A DNA stretch of 59,087 bases from Campylobacterales bacterium (GTDB lineage Bacteria > Campylobacterota > Campylobacteria > Campylobacterales > QNZT01): assembly GCA_026994915.1 (NCBI GenBank), contig JALWPY010000107.1:1-59087 (forward strand). The letters run 5' to 3'. The notes under the pieces are model-generated. The model was not told the DNA's origin and ran no database searches. It worked only from the letters and a program-made list of their open reading frames with translations. A program made the position numbers and the translations under genes. Positions 1 to 10,313 of this stretch are shown piece by piece (the stretch's first letter is position 1; the number at the start of each line of letters is the position of its first letter).

Positions 1-32
1 TTAAACAGAAGCAAATTTACCAAAGCCAAGAG

Positions 33-1094
33 ATGATGCAATACAGCGATATCAAAAAGTACATTTACAAACTCGACCCCGAAACGGCACACAACATCGT
101 AGAGTTCGGCGCACATATACTCTCCTACAAAGCGCCCTTTCTGCTCTCACCTATTCGGGCGAAATACAGCGTCCGTGACAGCCGACTCTCACAGGATCTT
201 TTCGGCGTCAACTTCCCAAATCCCGTCGGTATGGCCGCCGGATTTGACAAAAATGCCACGATGATCCCCTTCCTTGAAGCCCTGGGATTTGGCTTCATCG
301 AGTTCGGTACTGTCACACCCCGTCCGCAGGAGGGTAACCCCAAACCGAGACTATTCCGCTATCCCGAGCATAACGCGCTCCAGAATGCGATGGGGTTCAA
401 CAACGAAGGCATGACCAAAGTCAGAGAACGTGTCGCCCGTCTCTACCCCTACACCGTACCACTCGGGGCAAATATCGGCAAAAACAAAACGACTCCTGAA
501 CATGAAGCGATCAAAGATTACGAAATATTGATCGAATCATTCAAAAATCTGAGCGATTATATCGTCATCAATATCTCTTCCCCCAACACCCCGGGTCTGC
601 GAGATCTGCAGAACGAAAGCTTCATCAAAGAGCTCTTCACCCTCGCCAGCGCGATGACCGACAAGCCTGTCCTGCTGAAGATCGCGCCCGATCTGACCAC
701 GGAAGATGCCCTCGCCGTCTGCGACATCGCACTCGAAAACGGTGCGGGAGGAATCATCGCGACCAACACTACCATCGACTACTCTCTGCTTCCCGGAGCC
801 AAAGGATTCGGCGGCATCAGCGGGGAGGTCCTCAAAGAGAAGAGTTACACTCTCTTTGAGAGTGTGGCCAAAGCCTTTTACGGCAAGACCACGCTCATCT
901 CCGTCGGTGGTATCGGCGACGGAGACGAAGCCTACCGGCGATTGCGTGCAGGTGCAAGCCTCGTACAGGTCTACTCCGCCTTCATCTTCGAAGGCCCATC
1001 ACTGGCCAAAAAGATCAACACACGATTGCTGGAGCTTATGGAGCGTGACGGATTCAACCATATCACGGAAGTGATCGGAGCGGATCGCACATGA
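33..1094 (+). CDS. pyrD: Dihydroorotate dehydrogenase (quinone), class 2
   Basis: 353-aa ORF with ATG at 33. DHODH-type motifs were read by eye: GFDKN, GFIEFGTVTP, NISSPNTPGLR, IATNTT, SVGGI. The stop overlaps the next start (ATGA). Confidence 0.93.
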   Translation: MMQYSDIKKYIYKLDPETAHNIVEFGAHILSYKAPFLLSPIRAKYSVRDSRLSQDLFGVNFPNPVGMAAGFDKNATMIPFLEALGFGFIEFGTVTPRPQEGNPKPRLFRYPEHNALQNAMGFNNEGMTKVRERVARLYPYTVPLGANIGKNKTTPEHEAIKDYEILIESFKNLSDYIVINISSPNTPGLRDLQNESFIKELFTLASAMTDKPVLLKIAPDLTTEDALAVCDIALENGAGGIIATNTTIDYSLLPGAKGFGGISGEVLKEKSYTLFESVAKAFYGKTTLISVGGIGDGDEAYRRLRAGASLVQVYSAFIFEGPSLAKKINTRLLELMERDGFNHITEVIGADRT

Positions 1095-2425
1095 AAAAAT
1101 ATCTGCTTTTACTATTTTTCGCATTAGGAGTCTCTATGGCAACGACCCTGCCCAAACACTATACTAAAACCCTCGAAAACGGTTTGCAGATCCTTGTGAT
1201 CCCGATGCAGAACAATTCGGGTGTTATCACGACCGATATCTTCTACAAGGTAGGAAGCCGCGACGAAGTGATGGGCAAAAGCGGCATCGCACACATGCTC
1301 GAACATCTCAACTTCAAATCGACCAAAAACCTCAAAGCGGGTGAATTTGACGAGATCGTCAAAGGGTTCGGCGGCGTCGACAATGCATCGACCGGTTTCG
1401 ACTATACGCAGTATTTCATCAAATCCTCTTCCAAAAACCTTGACAAAGCACTCGGACTCTTCGCAGAACTGATGGCAAATCTCAGCCTCAAAGATGAAGA
1501 GTTCCAGCCGGAACGCAACGTTGTCCTAGAAGAGCGACGCTGGCGCACCGACAACAACCCCTTTGGATATCTCTATTTCCGCCTCTTCAACAATGCCTAT
1601 ATCTACCACTCCTACCACTGGACGCCGATCGGCTTTGTCGAAGATATTAAACACTGGACGATCGACGACATCCGCAACTTCCACAAGATGTACTATCAGC
1701 CGCAAAACGCCGTGCTGGTCGTAGCAGGCGACATCGATCCCGAAACGGTCTTTAAAGAGGCACAGAAGCAGTTTGGCAAAATCCAGAACAGCGGTAAGAT
1801 TCACAGAAACCATCAGATCGAACCGGTACAGGACGGTGCCAAACGGATCGAGATCGACAAAGAGAGCGAAGTGGAAATGCTCGCTATCGCCTTTCACATC
1901 CCCGACTTCAAAAGTCCCGATCAGGTAGCGCTCTCTGCGATCAGCGAACTGCTCAGCAGTGGCAAGAGCAGCCGCCTCAATGCACTGCTGATCGACAAAT
2001 TGCAGCTGGTCAACTCGATCTCTGCCTTCAACATGGAGAACAAAGATCCCGGCATCTTCCTCTTTCTGGCGGTCTGCAACCCCGGCACAGAGGCCGAAAA
2101 GGTCGAAAAAATACTCTGGGAGGAGATCGAGAAACTCAAAAAAGAGGGGGTCAGCAAAGAGGAGCTGGAGAAGGTCAAGATCAACACCCGTTCCGATTTT
2201 ATCTTCAGCATGCAGGATTCCCAGTCTCTGGTCAACATCTTCGGCAGTTATGCCGCCCGGGATGATCTCGAGCCTCTGCTGCACTACGAAGAGCGCCTTG
2301 CGAAACTGACACCTGAGACAATTCAGGAAGTCGCCAGCAAATATTTTACCAACAAAAACAGTACCACCGTCATCCTGCGTAAAGTGACAGAGGAGACGGA
2401 TACAGCAAAGAAGGAGCACCCATGA
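1091..2425 (+). CDS. M16 (pitrilysin) family zinc peptidase, secreted
   Basis: 444 aa with an N-terminal signal-like helix ([17 protein letters not shown]). It carries the inverted zincin HxxEH motif (HMLEH), and the length fits M16 N+C domains. Confidence 0.85.
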   Translation: MKKYLLLLFFALGVSMATTLPKHYTKTLENGLQILVIPMQNNSGVITTDIFYKVGSRDEVMGKSGIAHMLEHLNFKSTKNLKAGEFDEIVKGFGGVDNASTGFDYTQYFIKSSSKNLDKALGLFAELMANLSLKDEEFQPERNVVLEERRWRTDNNPFGYLYFRLFNNAYIYHSYHWTPIGFVEDIKHWTIDDIRNFHKMYYQPQNAVLVVAGDIDPETVFKEAQKQFGKIQNSGKIHRNHQIEPVQDGAKRIEIDKESEVEMLAIAFHIPDFKSPDQVALSAISELLSSGKSSRLNALLIDKLQLVNSISAFNMENKDPGIFLFLAVCNPGTEAEKVEKILWEEIEKLKKEGVSKEELEKVKINTRSDFIFSMQDSQSLVNIFGSYAARDDLEPLLHYEERLAKLTPETIQEVASKYFTNKNSTTVILRKVTEETDTAKKEHP

Positions 2426-3312
2426 GTGGACCCGTCGGCGCAATGACAGCGCTCATTACCCCATTTAAAAACAATAAAATAGATACCGAAACCTACGAGA
2501 AACTGATCAAAAGGCAGATCGCCAACGGCATCGACGCCGTCGTGCCCGTCGGAACCACGGGCGAGAGTGCGACCCTCAGCCATGCGGAACACAAAGAGTG
2601 TATCGAGATCGCAGTTGCCACATGCAAGGGATCCAAGACAAAAGTCCTTGCAGGTGCCGGCAGCAATGCTACCCATGAAGCCGTGGAACTGGCACAATTT
2701 GCACAGAAGCACGGTGCCGACGGTATCCTCTCCGTCACACCCTACTACAACAAACCACCCCAGTACGGGCTTTTCAAACACTACGAAGCGATCGCGCAGA
2801 GTGTCGAAATTCCGGTACTGCTCTACAATGTTCCCGGGCGTACCGGCGTCGACCTCTTCGCGGAAACGACAATCAAACTTTTTCATGCATGTGACAATAT
2901 CTACGGCGTCAAAGAGGCGACCGGATCGATCCAGCGCTGTGTAGAGCTGCTGGCCAAAGAGCCCAGACTCGCCGTAATCAGTGGAGACGACATGATCAAC
3001 TATCCGCTCATCTCCAACGGCGGAACAGGCGTCATCTCGGTCACTTCCAACCTCCTTCCGGACAAGATAGCCGATCTGACACACTACGGCATGGCTGAAG
3101 AGTACAAAAAGTCCAAAGCGATCAACGACGCACTTTACGACATCAACAGTGTCCTCTTCTGTGACTCTAACCCTATCCCCATCAAGGCGGCGATGCACAT
3201 AGCGGGTCTGATGCCTTCTCTGGAGTATCGTCTGCCGCTGGTCAAACCGAGCCCGGAAAATTACAAGCGCATCGAAGAGACACTGAAAAAATATGAGATC
3301 AAAGGATTGTAA
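2422..3312 (+). CDS. dapA: 4-hydroxy-tetrahydrodipicolinate synthase
   Basis: 296 aa with DapA-like motifs: [29 protein letters not shown], and the GVKEATG lysine context. There is an ATGA overlap with the upstream gene. Confidence 0.93.
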   Translation: MSGPVGAMTALITPFKNNKIDTETYEKLIKRQIANGIDAVVPVGTTGESATLSHAEHKECIEIAVATCKGSKTKVLAGAGSNATHEAVELAQFAQKHGADGILSVTPYYNKPPQYGLFKHYEAIAQSVEIPVLLYNVPGRTGVDLFAETTIKLFHACDNIYGVKEATGSIQRCVELLAKEPRLAVISGDDMINYPLISNGGTGVISVTSNLLPDKIADLTHYGMAEEYKKSKAINDALYDINSVLFCDSNPIPIKAAMHIAGLMPSLEYRLPLVKPSPENYKRIEETLKKYEIKGL

Positions 3313-4101
3313 ATGTATGACAATATGAAAGGCAAAACACTGGTTATCAGTGGTGCCACCAAAGGGATCGGCAAAGCGATCGTCTATGAGTTCGCCAAAG
3401 AGGGAGTCAATGTTGCCTTCACCTATAACTCAAATGAAGATGCCGCCAGAGAGATCGCTGAAGATCTGGAGAAGCGCTACAGCATCAAAGCGCGATACTA
3501 CCCTTTCAATGTACTGGAGCCCGAAACCTACAAGGATCTCTACAAAGAGATCGACAAAGATTTCGACCGTGTCGACTTCTTCATCTCCAATGCCATGATC
3601 TACGGACGTGCCGTGGTCGGCGGGTACGGAAAGTTCATGAAACTCAAACCCCGCGGCCTCAACAACATCTACACTGCGACTGTCAATGCATTCGTCGTCG
3701 GTGCCCAGGAGGCGGCCAAACGTATGGAGAAAGTGGGCGGCGGCAGCATCATCTCGATGAGTTCGACAGGTAACATCACCTATATCGAAAACTATGCCGG
3801 CCATGGCACCAACAAAGCTGCAGTCGAAGCGATGGTACGCTACGCGGCGATGGAGCTCGGCGAGAAAAACATCCGCGTCAATGCTGTCAGTGGCGGCCCG
3901 ATCGATACCGACGCTCTTAAAGCCTTCGTCAACTATGAAGAGGTGAAACAGAAGACCGAGCAGGCCTCTCCGCTCGGGCGTATCGGACAACCCGAAGATA
4001 TCGCAGGTGCCTGTCTCTTTCTCTGCAGTGATAAAGCCTCCTGGATCACTGCACAGACCCTCCTGATCGAAGGGGGTACCACCTTCAACACCAAATGCTG
4101 A
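3313..4101 (+). CDS. SDR-family enoyl-ACP reductase-like protein (FabL-like)
   Basis: 262 aa with a Rossmann motif (ISGATKGIGKA). The catalytic spacing is Y-x6-K (YAGHGTNK), typical of FabI/FabL enoyl reductases rather than the classical Y-x3-K. The substrate is not proven. Confidence 0.6.
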   Translation: MYDNMKGKTLVISGATKGIGKAIVYEFAKEGVNVAFTYNSNEDAAREIAEDLEKRYSIKARYYPFNVLEPETYKDLYKEIDKDFDRVDFFISNAMIYGRAVVGGYGKFMKLKPRGLNNIYTATVNAFVVGAQEAAKRMEKVGGGSIISMSSTGNITYIENYAGHGTNKAAVEAMVRYAAMELGEKNIRVNAVSGGPIDTDALKAFVNYEEVKQKTEQASPLGRIGQPEDIAGACLFLCSDKASWITAQTLLIEGGTTFNTKC

Positions 4102-4625
4102 ATCTCCCCAACCTGCTGGCGCTGCTGCGGATCGCGATGGCGCCGCTGATGTTCTGGCTGCTGGTCGATCGTGAAAGTGCGATTTTTGCCGATATACATG
4201 TCACATGGCTCGACTATACGGCGGCACTGATCTTCGTACTCGCTTCGGTCACCGACTTTTTCGACGGCTATATCGCCCGCAGCTGGAACCAGATCACCAA
4301 ACTGGGCGGCATTCTCGATCCCCTCGCGGACAAGATGCTGATGCTGGCCGCGTTTCTGGGTCTGGTCTATATCCACCGAGCGAGCCCCTGGGCGGTCTTT
4401 ATCATCCTGACGCGTGAGTTTTTCATCACGGGACTGCGTATACAGGCTGCATCAGAGGGCAAGAGTGTCTCGGCATCACTGGCCGGCAAAGCTAAAACGG
4501 TGGTGCAGATGATCGCGATCGGATGGCTTCTGATGAACTGGCCCTATGCCGATGCGATTCTCTGGGCAGCGGTTGCTCTGACGCTCTATTCGGGTGCGGA
4601 ATATATGAAAGGATTTTACAGATAA
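4095..4625 (+). CDS. pgsA: CDP-diacylglycerol--glycerol-3-phosphate 3-phosphatidyltransferase
   Basis: 176-aa polytopic membrane protein. It has the CDP-alcohol phosphatidyltransferase motif DFFDGYIARSWNQITKLGGILDPLADK. Confidence 0.85.
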   Translation: MLNLPNLLALLRIAMAPLMFWLLVDRESAIFADIHVTWLDYTAALIFVLASVTDFFDGYIARSWNQITKLGGILDPLADKMLMLAAFLGLVYIHRASPWAVFIILTREFFITGLRIQAASEGKSVSASLAGKAKTVVQMIAIGWLLMNWPYADAILWAAVALTLYSGAEYMKGFYR

Positions 4626-5695
4626 TGGGAATTTTAATCTCTCTTGCAGTGCTTTCGGCACTGATCATCTTTCATGAGTGGGGACACTTTCTCGCGGCAC
4701 GCCTCTTCGGCGTCAAAGTCGAAGAGTTCGGACTCGGCATGCCGATACTGGTCACCAAACCTTTATGGAAAAAGAAGTGGGGTGATACCACCTACTCCTT
4801 CTATCCGATGCTGCTGGGCGGATTTGTCCGCATGAAGGGGCAGGACGATTTCGATCTGAGCAAAAAGAGCGACGATCCCGACAGTTATATGTCCAAAAAG
4901 CCGTGGCAGAAGATCGTCATCCTGCTCGCCGGCCCTTTTGCGAACATTCTGCTCGCCTTTCTGCTCTACATCGCCATCGCCCTGATCGGTGCCGATGCGC
5001 TGGCGCCTACCGTCGGACAGACTGTCGAAAACTCACCCGCGGCAGAGGCCGGCATCAAACCCAAAGATACCATCGTCGCCATCAACGGCCAAAAGGTACA
5101 GATCTGGGACGATATCGGCAAAATCATTACCACGTCGGAGGGACCGCTTCAGTTGACCGTTATGCGTGACGGCAAACTCCGCAACATCATTATCACCCCG
5201 AAAGTGAGTGAAGCGCGCTCGATCTTCGGCGAGAAGATTCAGAAGAAGATGATCGGCATCGCTCCCTCGGGCGACTTCGTCACGATTCCAATGCATTCAA
5301 TCGGCGACGTACTCTCCTACGCCTGGGATAAGACGGTCTGGGCGACGGGTCTGATCGTCAGAAGTTTAGAGAAGCTGATCGAAGGGGTGGTTCCGGCCAG
5401 TCAGATGGGCGGCATCGTCTCGATCGTCCAGGTAACATCGCAGGCGAGCGCCATCGGTATCACCACTCTCTTTGCCCTTGCCGCTCTCATCTCGGTTAAC
5501 CTCGGCGTGCTGAATCTGCTCCCCATTCCGGCACTCGACGGCGGCCACATCGTCTTCAATCTCTACGAAATGCTCTTCAAACGCCCGCCCAGCGAAAAAG
5601 TCTTTTACAACCTCACCGTGGCGGGATGGGTTCTGCTCCTGTCCCTGATGGCATTTACCACCTACAACGATATCTTACGCATCATGAGAGGATAG
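4625..5695 (+). CDS. rseP: RIP site-2 zinc metalloprotease RseP
   Basis: The track ORF starts at 4523, but the homologous N-terminus MGILISLAVL...HEWGHF (HExxH) starts at the ATG at 4625, giving a TAATG overlap with pgsA. It has a central PDZ-like region and a C-terminal NLLPIPALDGG motif. Confidence 0.9.
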   Translation: MGILISLAVLSALIIFHEWGHFLAARLFGVKVEEFGLGMPILVTKPLWKKKWGDTTYSFYPMLLGGFVRMKGQDDFDLSKKSDDPDSYMSKKPWQKIVILLAGPFANILLAFLLYIAIALIGADALAPTVGQTVENSPAAEAGIKPKDTIVAINGQKVQIWDDIGKIITTSEGPLQLTVMRDGKLRNIIITPKVSEARSIFGEKIQKKMIGIAPSGDFVTIPMHSIGDVLSYAWDKTVWATGLIVRSLEKLIEGVVPASQMGGIVSIVQVTSQASAIGITTLFALAALISVNLGVLNLLPIPALDGGHIVFNLYEMLFKRPPSEKVFYNLTVAGWVLLLSLMAFTTYNDILRIMRG

Positions 5696-5699
5696 CACT

Positions 5700-6371
5700 A
5701 TGACACACTACGAGAAAAATTTCGACGAAGTACTCTCCCGTATCGAAGCGGTGCGGCTGGAGACCAACGAGCACCAGATCATCAAGATCGTCGCCGTCAG
5801 CAAATATGTGGGTGCCGACGCGATTCGCGATTTCTACGAGATCGGACAGCGGGCATTCGGCGAAAACCGCGTCCAGGATCTGAAAGCCAAAGCGGAAGCA
5901 CTCGAGGATCTGCCGCTGGAGTGGCACTTCGTAGGGCGACTTCAGACTAACAAGATCAACGCTCTGCTCGATATCTCCCCCGCCCTGATCCAGTCATGTG
6001 AAGATTTCAAAATGGCTACGGAGATCGACAAACGCGCCAAAGCGAAAGGGAAAAAGCAACCGATCCTGTTGCAGATCAACAGTGCGCGTGAGGAGAGCAA
6101 AGCGGGCATCGCACCTGAAGCGGCGATCGACGAGTATCTGCAGATTCACGAAGAGCTTGAAAACGTCACCCTCAAAGGGGTTATGACGATCGGTGCCCAT
6201 ACCGAGGATGAGGCGAAGATCCGTGAAAGTTTCGAAACGACCTACAAGATCTTCGACCAGCTCCGTGACAAAGGCGCCAAATATTGCTCGATGGGCATGA
6301 GCAACGACTTCGAACTGGCGGTACGCTGCGGCTCCAATATGCTGCGACTGGGAAGTATTCTCTTCAAATAG
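5700..6371 (+). CDS. yggS: YggS-family pyridoxal-phosphate homeostasis protein
   Basis: 223 aa with the alanine-racemase-N-like fold signature: the VAVSKY lysine, FGENRVQ, HFVGRLQTNK and SMGMSNDFE. Confidence 0.85.
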   Translation: MTHYEKNFDEVLSRIEAVRLETNEHQIIKIVAVSKYVGADAIRDFYEIGQRAFGENRVQDLKAKAEALEDLPLEWHFVGRLQTNKINALLDISPALIQSCEDFKMATEIDKRAKAKGKKQPILLQINSAREESKAGIAPEAAIDEYLQIHEELENVTLKGVMTIGAHTEDEAKIRESFETTYKIFDQLRDKGAKYCSMGMSNDFELAVRCGSNMLRLGSILFK

Positions 6372-6385
6372 CCCGTCGCACGCTC

Positions 6386-7411
6386 TTATAGCGCCTCGAT
6401 CTTCTCCAGAAACTTTTTGGTCTGGGGGAGTGAATCGAACTGCTCGAAAGCGTCGTAGGCGCTTTGGGAGAGTCTGGGATAGTTCTCTTCACTGAATTTG
6501 TAGAATCCTTCGACCAGAGACTCCACATTTTTGGGCTCCACCAGAAATCCTGTTTTGCCCTCTTCGACGATCTCCGCGATGGCGAGCAGATTGGTCACCA
6601 GCACCGGACGTCCCGTAGAATAGGCTTCGATGACGATCCCTGGATACCCCTCTCTGTGACTCGGCAGTACCAGTACATCCGCCTCTTTCAGTTTTGCCAC
6701 CACCTCTTTGGGTGTCAGTGACCCTTCATAGCTGGTGTTGTACTGCGCGACATATTCGGGGGTATATTTGGCTTCATGTACGGGGCCATAGATTTTGACG
6801 TCAAAAGAGTCGTCGAGTCTCTTGCATGCTTCGAGCAACTCCTGTGTTCCTTTCTCATCCTTGAGGTGGCTGATGTAGACGAAGCGCCTTTTGAAGTCGC
6901 TTTTTGGCGCCATCCCTTCAGGCCTTCTGCGGACATTGGGGAACCAGTAGGTGGCGGGGTTGAACTTTTTGAAATAGTCGACCAGATATTTGGTCTCGAA
7001 AAAACTGAGATCGGCATTTTTGAGGACATAGCGGATCAGCCCCTGTTTGACGGGACCGCCCTTTTCGTAGATTTCGTTGAAATTGCCGGCGAATTTGCGC
7101 AATGAGACGCTCTTACCGAAGAGTTTGGCGAAGAAGATGACAAACGGTGCGATCATGATGTAGTGGTTGGCGGTACCGTGAAGCGAGACATGGTCGTAGT
7201 AACGGAGATTGGCAAGATACTCCTTCATGACGACGAAAAAGGTCTCGGCGATACTGCTGTAACAGTTTTTGTTGGAGTTGATCGCCAGATGGTCGATACC
7301 CAGTTCACGCATATCTTCGAGCAGCTGCTCAAAGAGTACCGTCACACCGCCGGCCTCTTTGAGGTCGGCAGCATATTTTGGACCGATAAGGATGATTTTT
7401 TTCTCAGACAC
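6386..7411 (-). CDS. GT4-family glycosyltransferase
   Basis: The C-terminal region HREGYPGIVIEAYSTGRPVLVTNLLAIAEIVEEGKTGFLVEP has a GT4 EX7E-type signature. I place the start at the GTG at 7411, preceded by AGGAGG with a 5-nt spacer. The longer track ORF (to 7516) would overlap the flippase by 113 nt. Confidence 0.75.
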   Translation of the reverse strand: MSEKKIILIGPKYAADLKEAGGVTVLFEQLLEDMRELGIDHLAINSNKNCYSSIAETFFVVMKEYLANLRYYDHVSLHGTANHYIMIAPFVIFFAKLFGKSVSLRKFAGNFNEIYEKGGPVKQGLIRYVLKNADLSFFETKYLVDYFKKFNPATYWFPNVRRRPEGMAPKSDFKRRFVYISHLKDEKGTQELLEACKRLDDSFDVKIYGPVHEAKYTPEYVAQYNTSYEGSLTPKEVVAKLKEADVLVLPSHREGYPGIVIEAYSTGRPVLVTNLLAIAEIVEEGKTGFLVEPKNVESLVEGFYKFSEENYPRLSQSAYDAFEQFDSLPQTKKFLEKIEAL

Positions 7412-8690
7412 GTTTGCCTCCTGATTGCTCTTTTTGATAGATTTTTTTGAGTACCGTTCGTGCAAAGTAGTACTCCACCCCCACGATGGCGAGGTTGATC
7501 GCGATGAAACCGACAATCGGATAGTGCGCGAAGATCATATGTACCGCCGCCACGACGAGCAGCAGCCGAATGATGTTGAGTTTGAGCTCCAGCATATTGA
7601 AATTGAAGGTCTTGGAGAGCAGACTGAAGAGACTCAGATAGGCGATGACAATGCTTGCGTAGATCAGGATAAAGACGAAGATTGCGGATTCAAGACTCAG
7701 ATAGGCCGGTTTGATCAGATAGACGACACCCGCGATCAGGGCCGAGAGGAGAACCCCACCGCCCAGGACGATCCAGCGGTAACGCTTGAGACCGTTGATA
7801 TGCGCCATCACTGCATCCATCTGCGACATGTTGAACTTCGAAAGAAAATAGGAGCGCAGTGAGGAGATGAAGATCATGATCAATCCCCCGAAACTCATCG
7901 CATAGCCCAGTTCCGCCAGCGTCGTCGTCATCTTCGCATCGACCATGTAGATGATGGCGTAGCGGTTGGTGTAGATATAGAGCCCGTTGATGATGTAAGT
8001 GAGCGCTGAAAAGAGGATGAACTGCTTCGCTCTGCGGAGGAAGAGATCCCGAAAAGCGGGTTGTGCGATCTTATCGCGACATGCTACCAGAAAAGAGATG
8101 TTGTACTTCATGTTCAGCAGTATCACCAGCGCAAACGGCAGGATAAAGAGGTCGAGATAGATGAGATCGAGATCGATCGTCGTGGCGAAAAAGAGGATAT
8201 AGACCAGAAACCCCACACGGGCAGCCAAAATGACGAAAGAGTTGACGATGATAAATTTGATCCGCTTCTTGGCCAGCAGCGTCGTCTTGAAAAAGATCCA
8301 GCTCAACAGCGCGAAGATCGAGAGATAGATATACTCCTGTGCGATTCCCAGATTTTGCACACCGAAAAAGATATCGGTATATTTTCCCAGTACCGTCTGA
8401 GAGAGGATAAAAAGCAGCAGAAAGATCACGATCTGCAGTGCGGCATTGATCTGATCGGAGATGCGGTAGATCTGATTGAAACGCAGATAGCTGACCGTCA
8501 GACCAAACTCGAAGACAAAGATCAGCATCATCACAATGTTAAACGCCGCGGAAAATCCCGCCATACTTTCAATGTTGAGCTTGTAGGGGATCAAGAGCGC
8601 GATGAGATAGGTGGAGAAGCTGTAGACGAGGTTGGAGATGAAGAACATCGTCCCCTCGTTGGCAAGCAGTGCTTTGATTTTGGCGAACAC
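7404..8690 (-). CDS. Wzx-like oligo/polysaccharide flippase (MOP superfamily membrane protein)
   Basis: 428 aa and almost entirely hydrophobic, with about 12 helices. The N-terminus (MFAKIKALLANEGTMFFISNLVYSFSTYLIALLIP) is typical of polysaccharide biosynthesis/flippase proteins. GTG start with AAGGA upstream. Confidence 0.65.
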   Translation of the reverse strand: MFAKIKALLANEGTMFFISNLVYSFSTYLIALLIPYKLNIESMAGFSAAFNIVMMLIFVFEFGLTVSYLRFNQIYRISDQINAALQIVIFLLLFILSQTVLGKYTDIFFGVQNLGIAQEYIYLSIFALLSWIFFKTTLLAKKRIKFIIVNSFVILAARVGFLVYILFFATTIDLDLIYLDLFILPFALVILLNMKYNISFLVACRDKIAQPAFRDLFLRRAKQFILFSALTYIINGLYIYTNRYAIIYMVDAKMTTTLAELGYAMSFGGLIMIFISSLRSYFLSKFNMSQMDAVMAHINGLKRYRWIVLGGGVLLSALIAGVVYLIKPAYLSLESAIFVFILIYASIVIAYLSLFSLLSKTFNFNMLELKLNIIRLLLVVAAVHMIFAHYPIVGFIAINLAIVGVEYYFARTVLKKIYQKEQSGGKRV

Positions 8691-8754
8691 TTTATCGGAT
8701 CCTTTGGTAGTTCACCCGCAAAGGCATGGAACCTTTGCAGATTATTGGAAATTT

Positions 8755-10149
8755 TTACTGTTTTTTACGAATTTTTTCGATGTCGAGCCCCTGCTTACAG
8801 ATGATTCTCTTGCCACGTGCACTCTTTTCAATCTTCTCAACCACTTCGACACTGAAATCGATACCATCTCGCACCAGCTTCTTCATACCGGATATGACAT
8901 GCTCTTTGTCCACATTACCAGTACGACTTTCGATCAGTACGGTCACTTTACCCGGCTCTGTCTGACGGTACTGGATATTTCGGATCATATCGAGCGGCAG
9001 ATGCTGCCCACCGCACATCGTCGTGATAGAGACGAGACGCTCATCTTCTGTCACCAGAAAGTCCTGCGTACGCCCTTCGATGTTTGTCACCTCTTTGGCG
9101 ATATCGCTTCCCTCGAAAAAGATCTTTTCACCTGAAACCATATCGGCAGTCCTGAAATTGACAAACGGCATAACGAAGTTGTCGAACGAAGTACCGACAA
9201 TCTCATCGTCGACGATACGCGGTACACCGTAAGCATTGACGAAGTGGTAGTTGTCGAAGTTGAGACGCCATGCACCGATAACCCTCTCTGTATGACCATA
9301 GTCGGCAAGAATGTTGATATCTTCTCCGAAAAACTCCCTGATCTCCTGGAAGTCTGGTTCATAGATGCTCTCTGAAGAGACGATAACACCCTGAATATCG
9401 AGCGGCGCAAGATGATACTTCTTACTCATGGCGATGAAGCTGAGCACCGCACTGGGGTAGCCGAAGATGAATTTTGGTTTGAACTTTTTGGCCTGTTCGT
9501 ACATGAGGGGGAATTTATCGGAGTTCATGTAGTTGTTGGAGAGGTAGAGGTAGTTGTCAACCGGCTCATACTCCCAGAAGATGTTTTGATCGGGTTTAGA
9601 GACTTCTCGTCCTTTGAGTAAGAGTGTTCTGTCACGATATTTATACCCTACTTTGGCAAGCGTATACATAGAATAGGCTTTGTGTTTGGCGCGGCTTGTG
9701 TAGAGCGGCTGAAAATATTGCGTCGGTGTAGAGAGTGATCCACCGCTGAAGTAAGGGACCGGTTTTTCCACTTTGTCAGTATACATACGATCGAGATTGG
9801 CTTTGATATCATGTTTGCTGATCGTGGGGAAAAGCTTCAGATCTTCCAGCGATTTGTAGTCTCTGGCTGTGACACCATGCTTTTGAAAGTGCTCTTTGTA
9901 AAAAGGGATATTCTCCTCCGCAAAAATCAGCGTCTCGAGAGTTTTATTGTAGACAAAATCCATCTTAAACTGTTCATCGGCCGCTTCGAACTCTTTGAAA
10001 CGGTTCAGATACTCCGTGTAGAGTTTGCCAAAACGTACCTCCATCGGAATGTTTCCATATATGGTTCCAAGAAAGGTTTTAAGAGACTGGGGCATCTTGT
10101 AGTAAGTGTCTCTGTAGAGGTGTATGACACTGTCAAATGAAAAACTCAT
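8755..10149 (-). CDS. CapK/PaaK-like adenylate-forming enzyme (phenylacetate-CoA-ligase family), paralog 1
   Basis: 464 aa with a P-loop-like FSGGSLSTPTQ (compare SSGTTG in the ANL superfamily) and a C-terminal ARGKR lysine motif. The overall layout resembles capsule-locus CapK proteins. Confidence 0.65.
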   Translation of the reverse strand: MSFSFDSVIHLYRDTYYKMPQSLKTFLGTIYGNIPMEVRFGKLYTEYLNRFKEFEAADEQFKMDFVYNKTLETLIFAEENIPFYKEHFQKHGVTARDYKSLEDLKLFPTISKHDIKANLDRMYTDKVEKPVPYFSGGSLSTPTQYFQPLYTSRAKHKAYSMYTLAKVGYKYRDRTLLLKGREVSKPDQNIFWEYEPVDNYLYLSNNYMNSDKFPLMYEQAKKFKPKFIFGYPSAVLSFIAMSKKYHLAPLDIQGVIVSSESIYEPDFQEIREFFGEDINILADYGHTERVIGAWRLNFDNYHFVNAYGVPRIVDDEIVGTSFDNFVMPFVNFRTADMVSGEKIFFEGSDIAKEVTNIEGRTQDFLVTEDERLVSITTMCGGQHLPLDMIRNIQYRQTEPGKVTVLIESRTGNVDKEHVISGMKKLVRDGIDFSVEVVEKIEKSARGKRIICKQGLDIEKIRKKQ

Positions 10150-10313
10150 TGCGATCCTTTTAACTGTTTTAATATTTGATATCTGTATAGACTCAGTTTG
10201 CTCTCTATATCGGCATAGCGTGCAGTTACTTTATTGTAACAGTTGCACTTTACCAGATTGTCCTGTAAACAATATATGCCCTTTATGCCTTTGGCCCGGT
10301 TGCTCTGCTATAC

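Noticed and set aside
4188-4195. Additional GCCGATAT octamers inside coding regions (4188-4195 in pgsA and 27077-27084 in argJ) as sigma28 promoters.
   Set aside because: They lie deep inside ORFs, read as Ala-Asp-Ile codons, and have no downstream gene start. They show the motif alone is not diagnostic, which lowers confidence in the intergenic hits.
10220-10248. An imperfect inverted repeat (GTGCAGTTAC ... GTAACAGTTGCAC) in the 164-bp spacer between the two CapK-like paralogs, as a possible terminator or riboswitch.
   Set aside because: The stem needs a 3-nt bulge, is short, and has no U-tract. The spacer shows no other conserved-looking structure, so the evidence is insufficient to call a feature.
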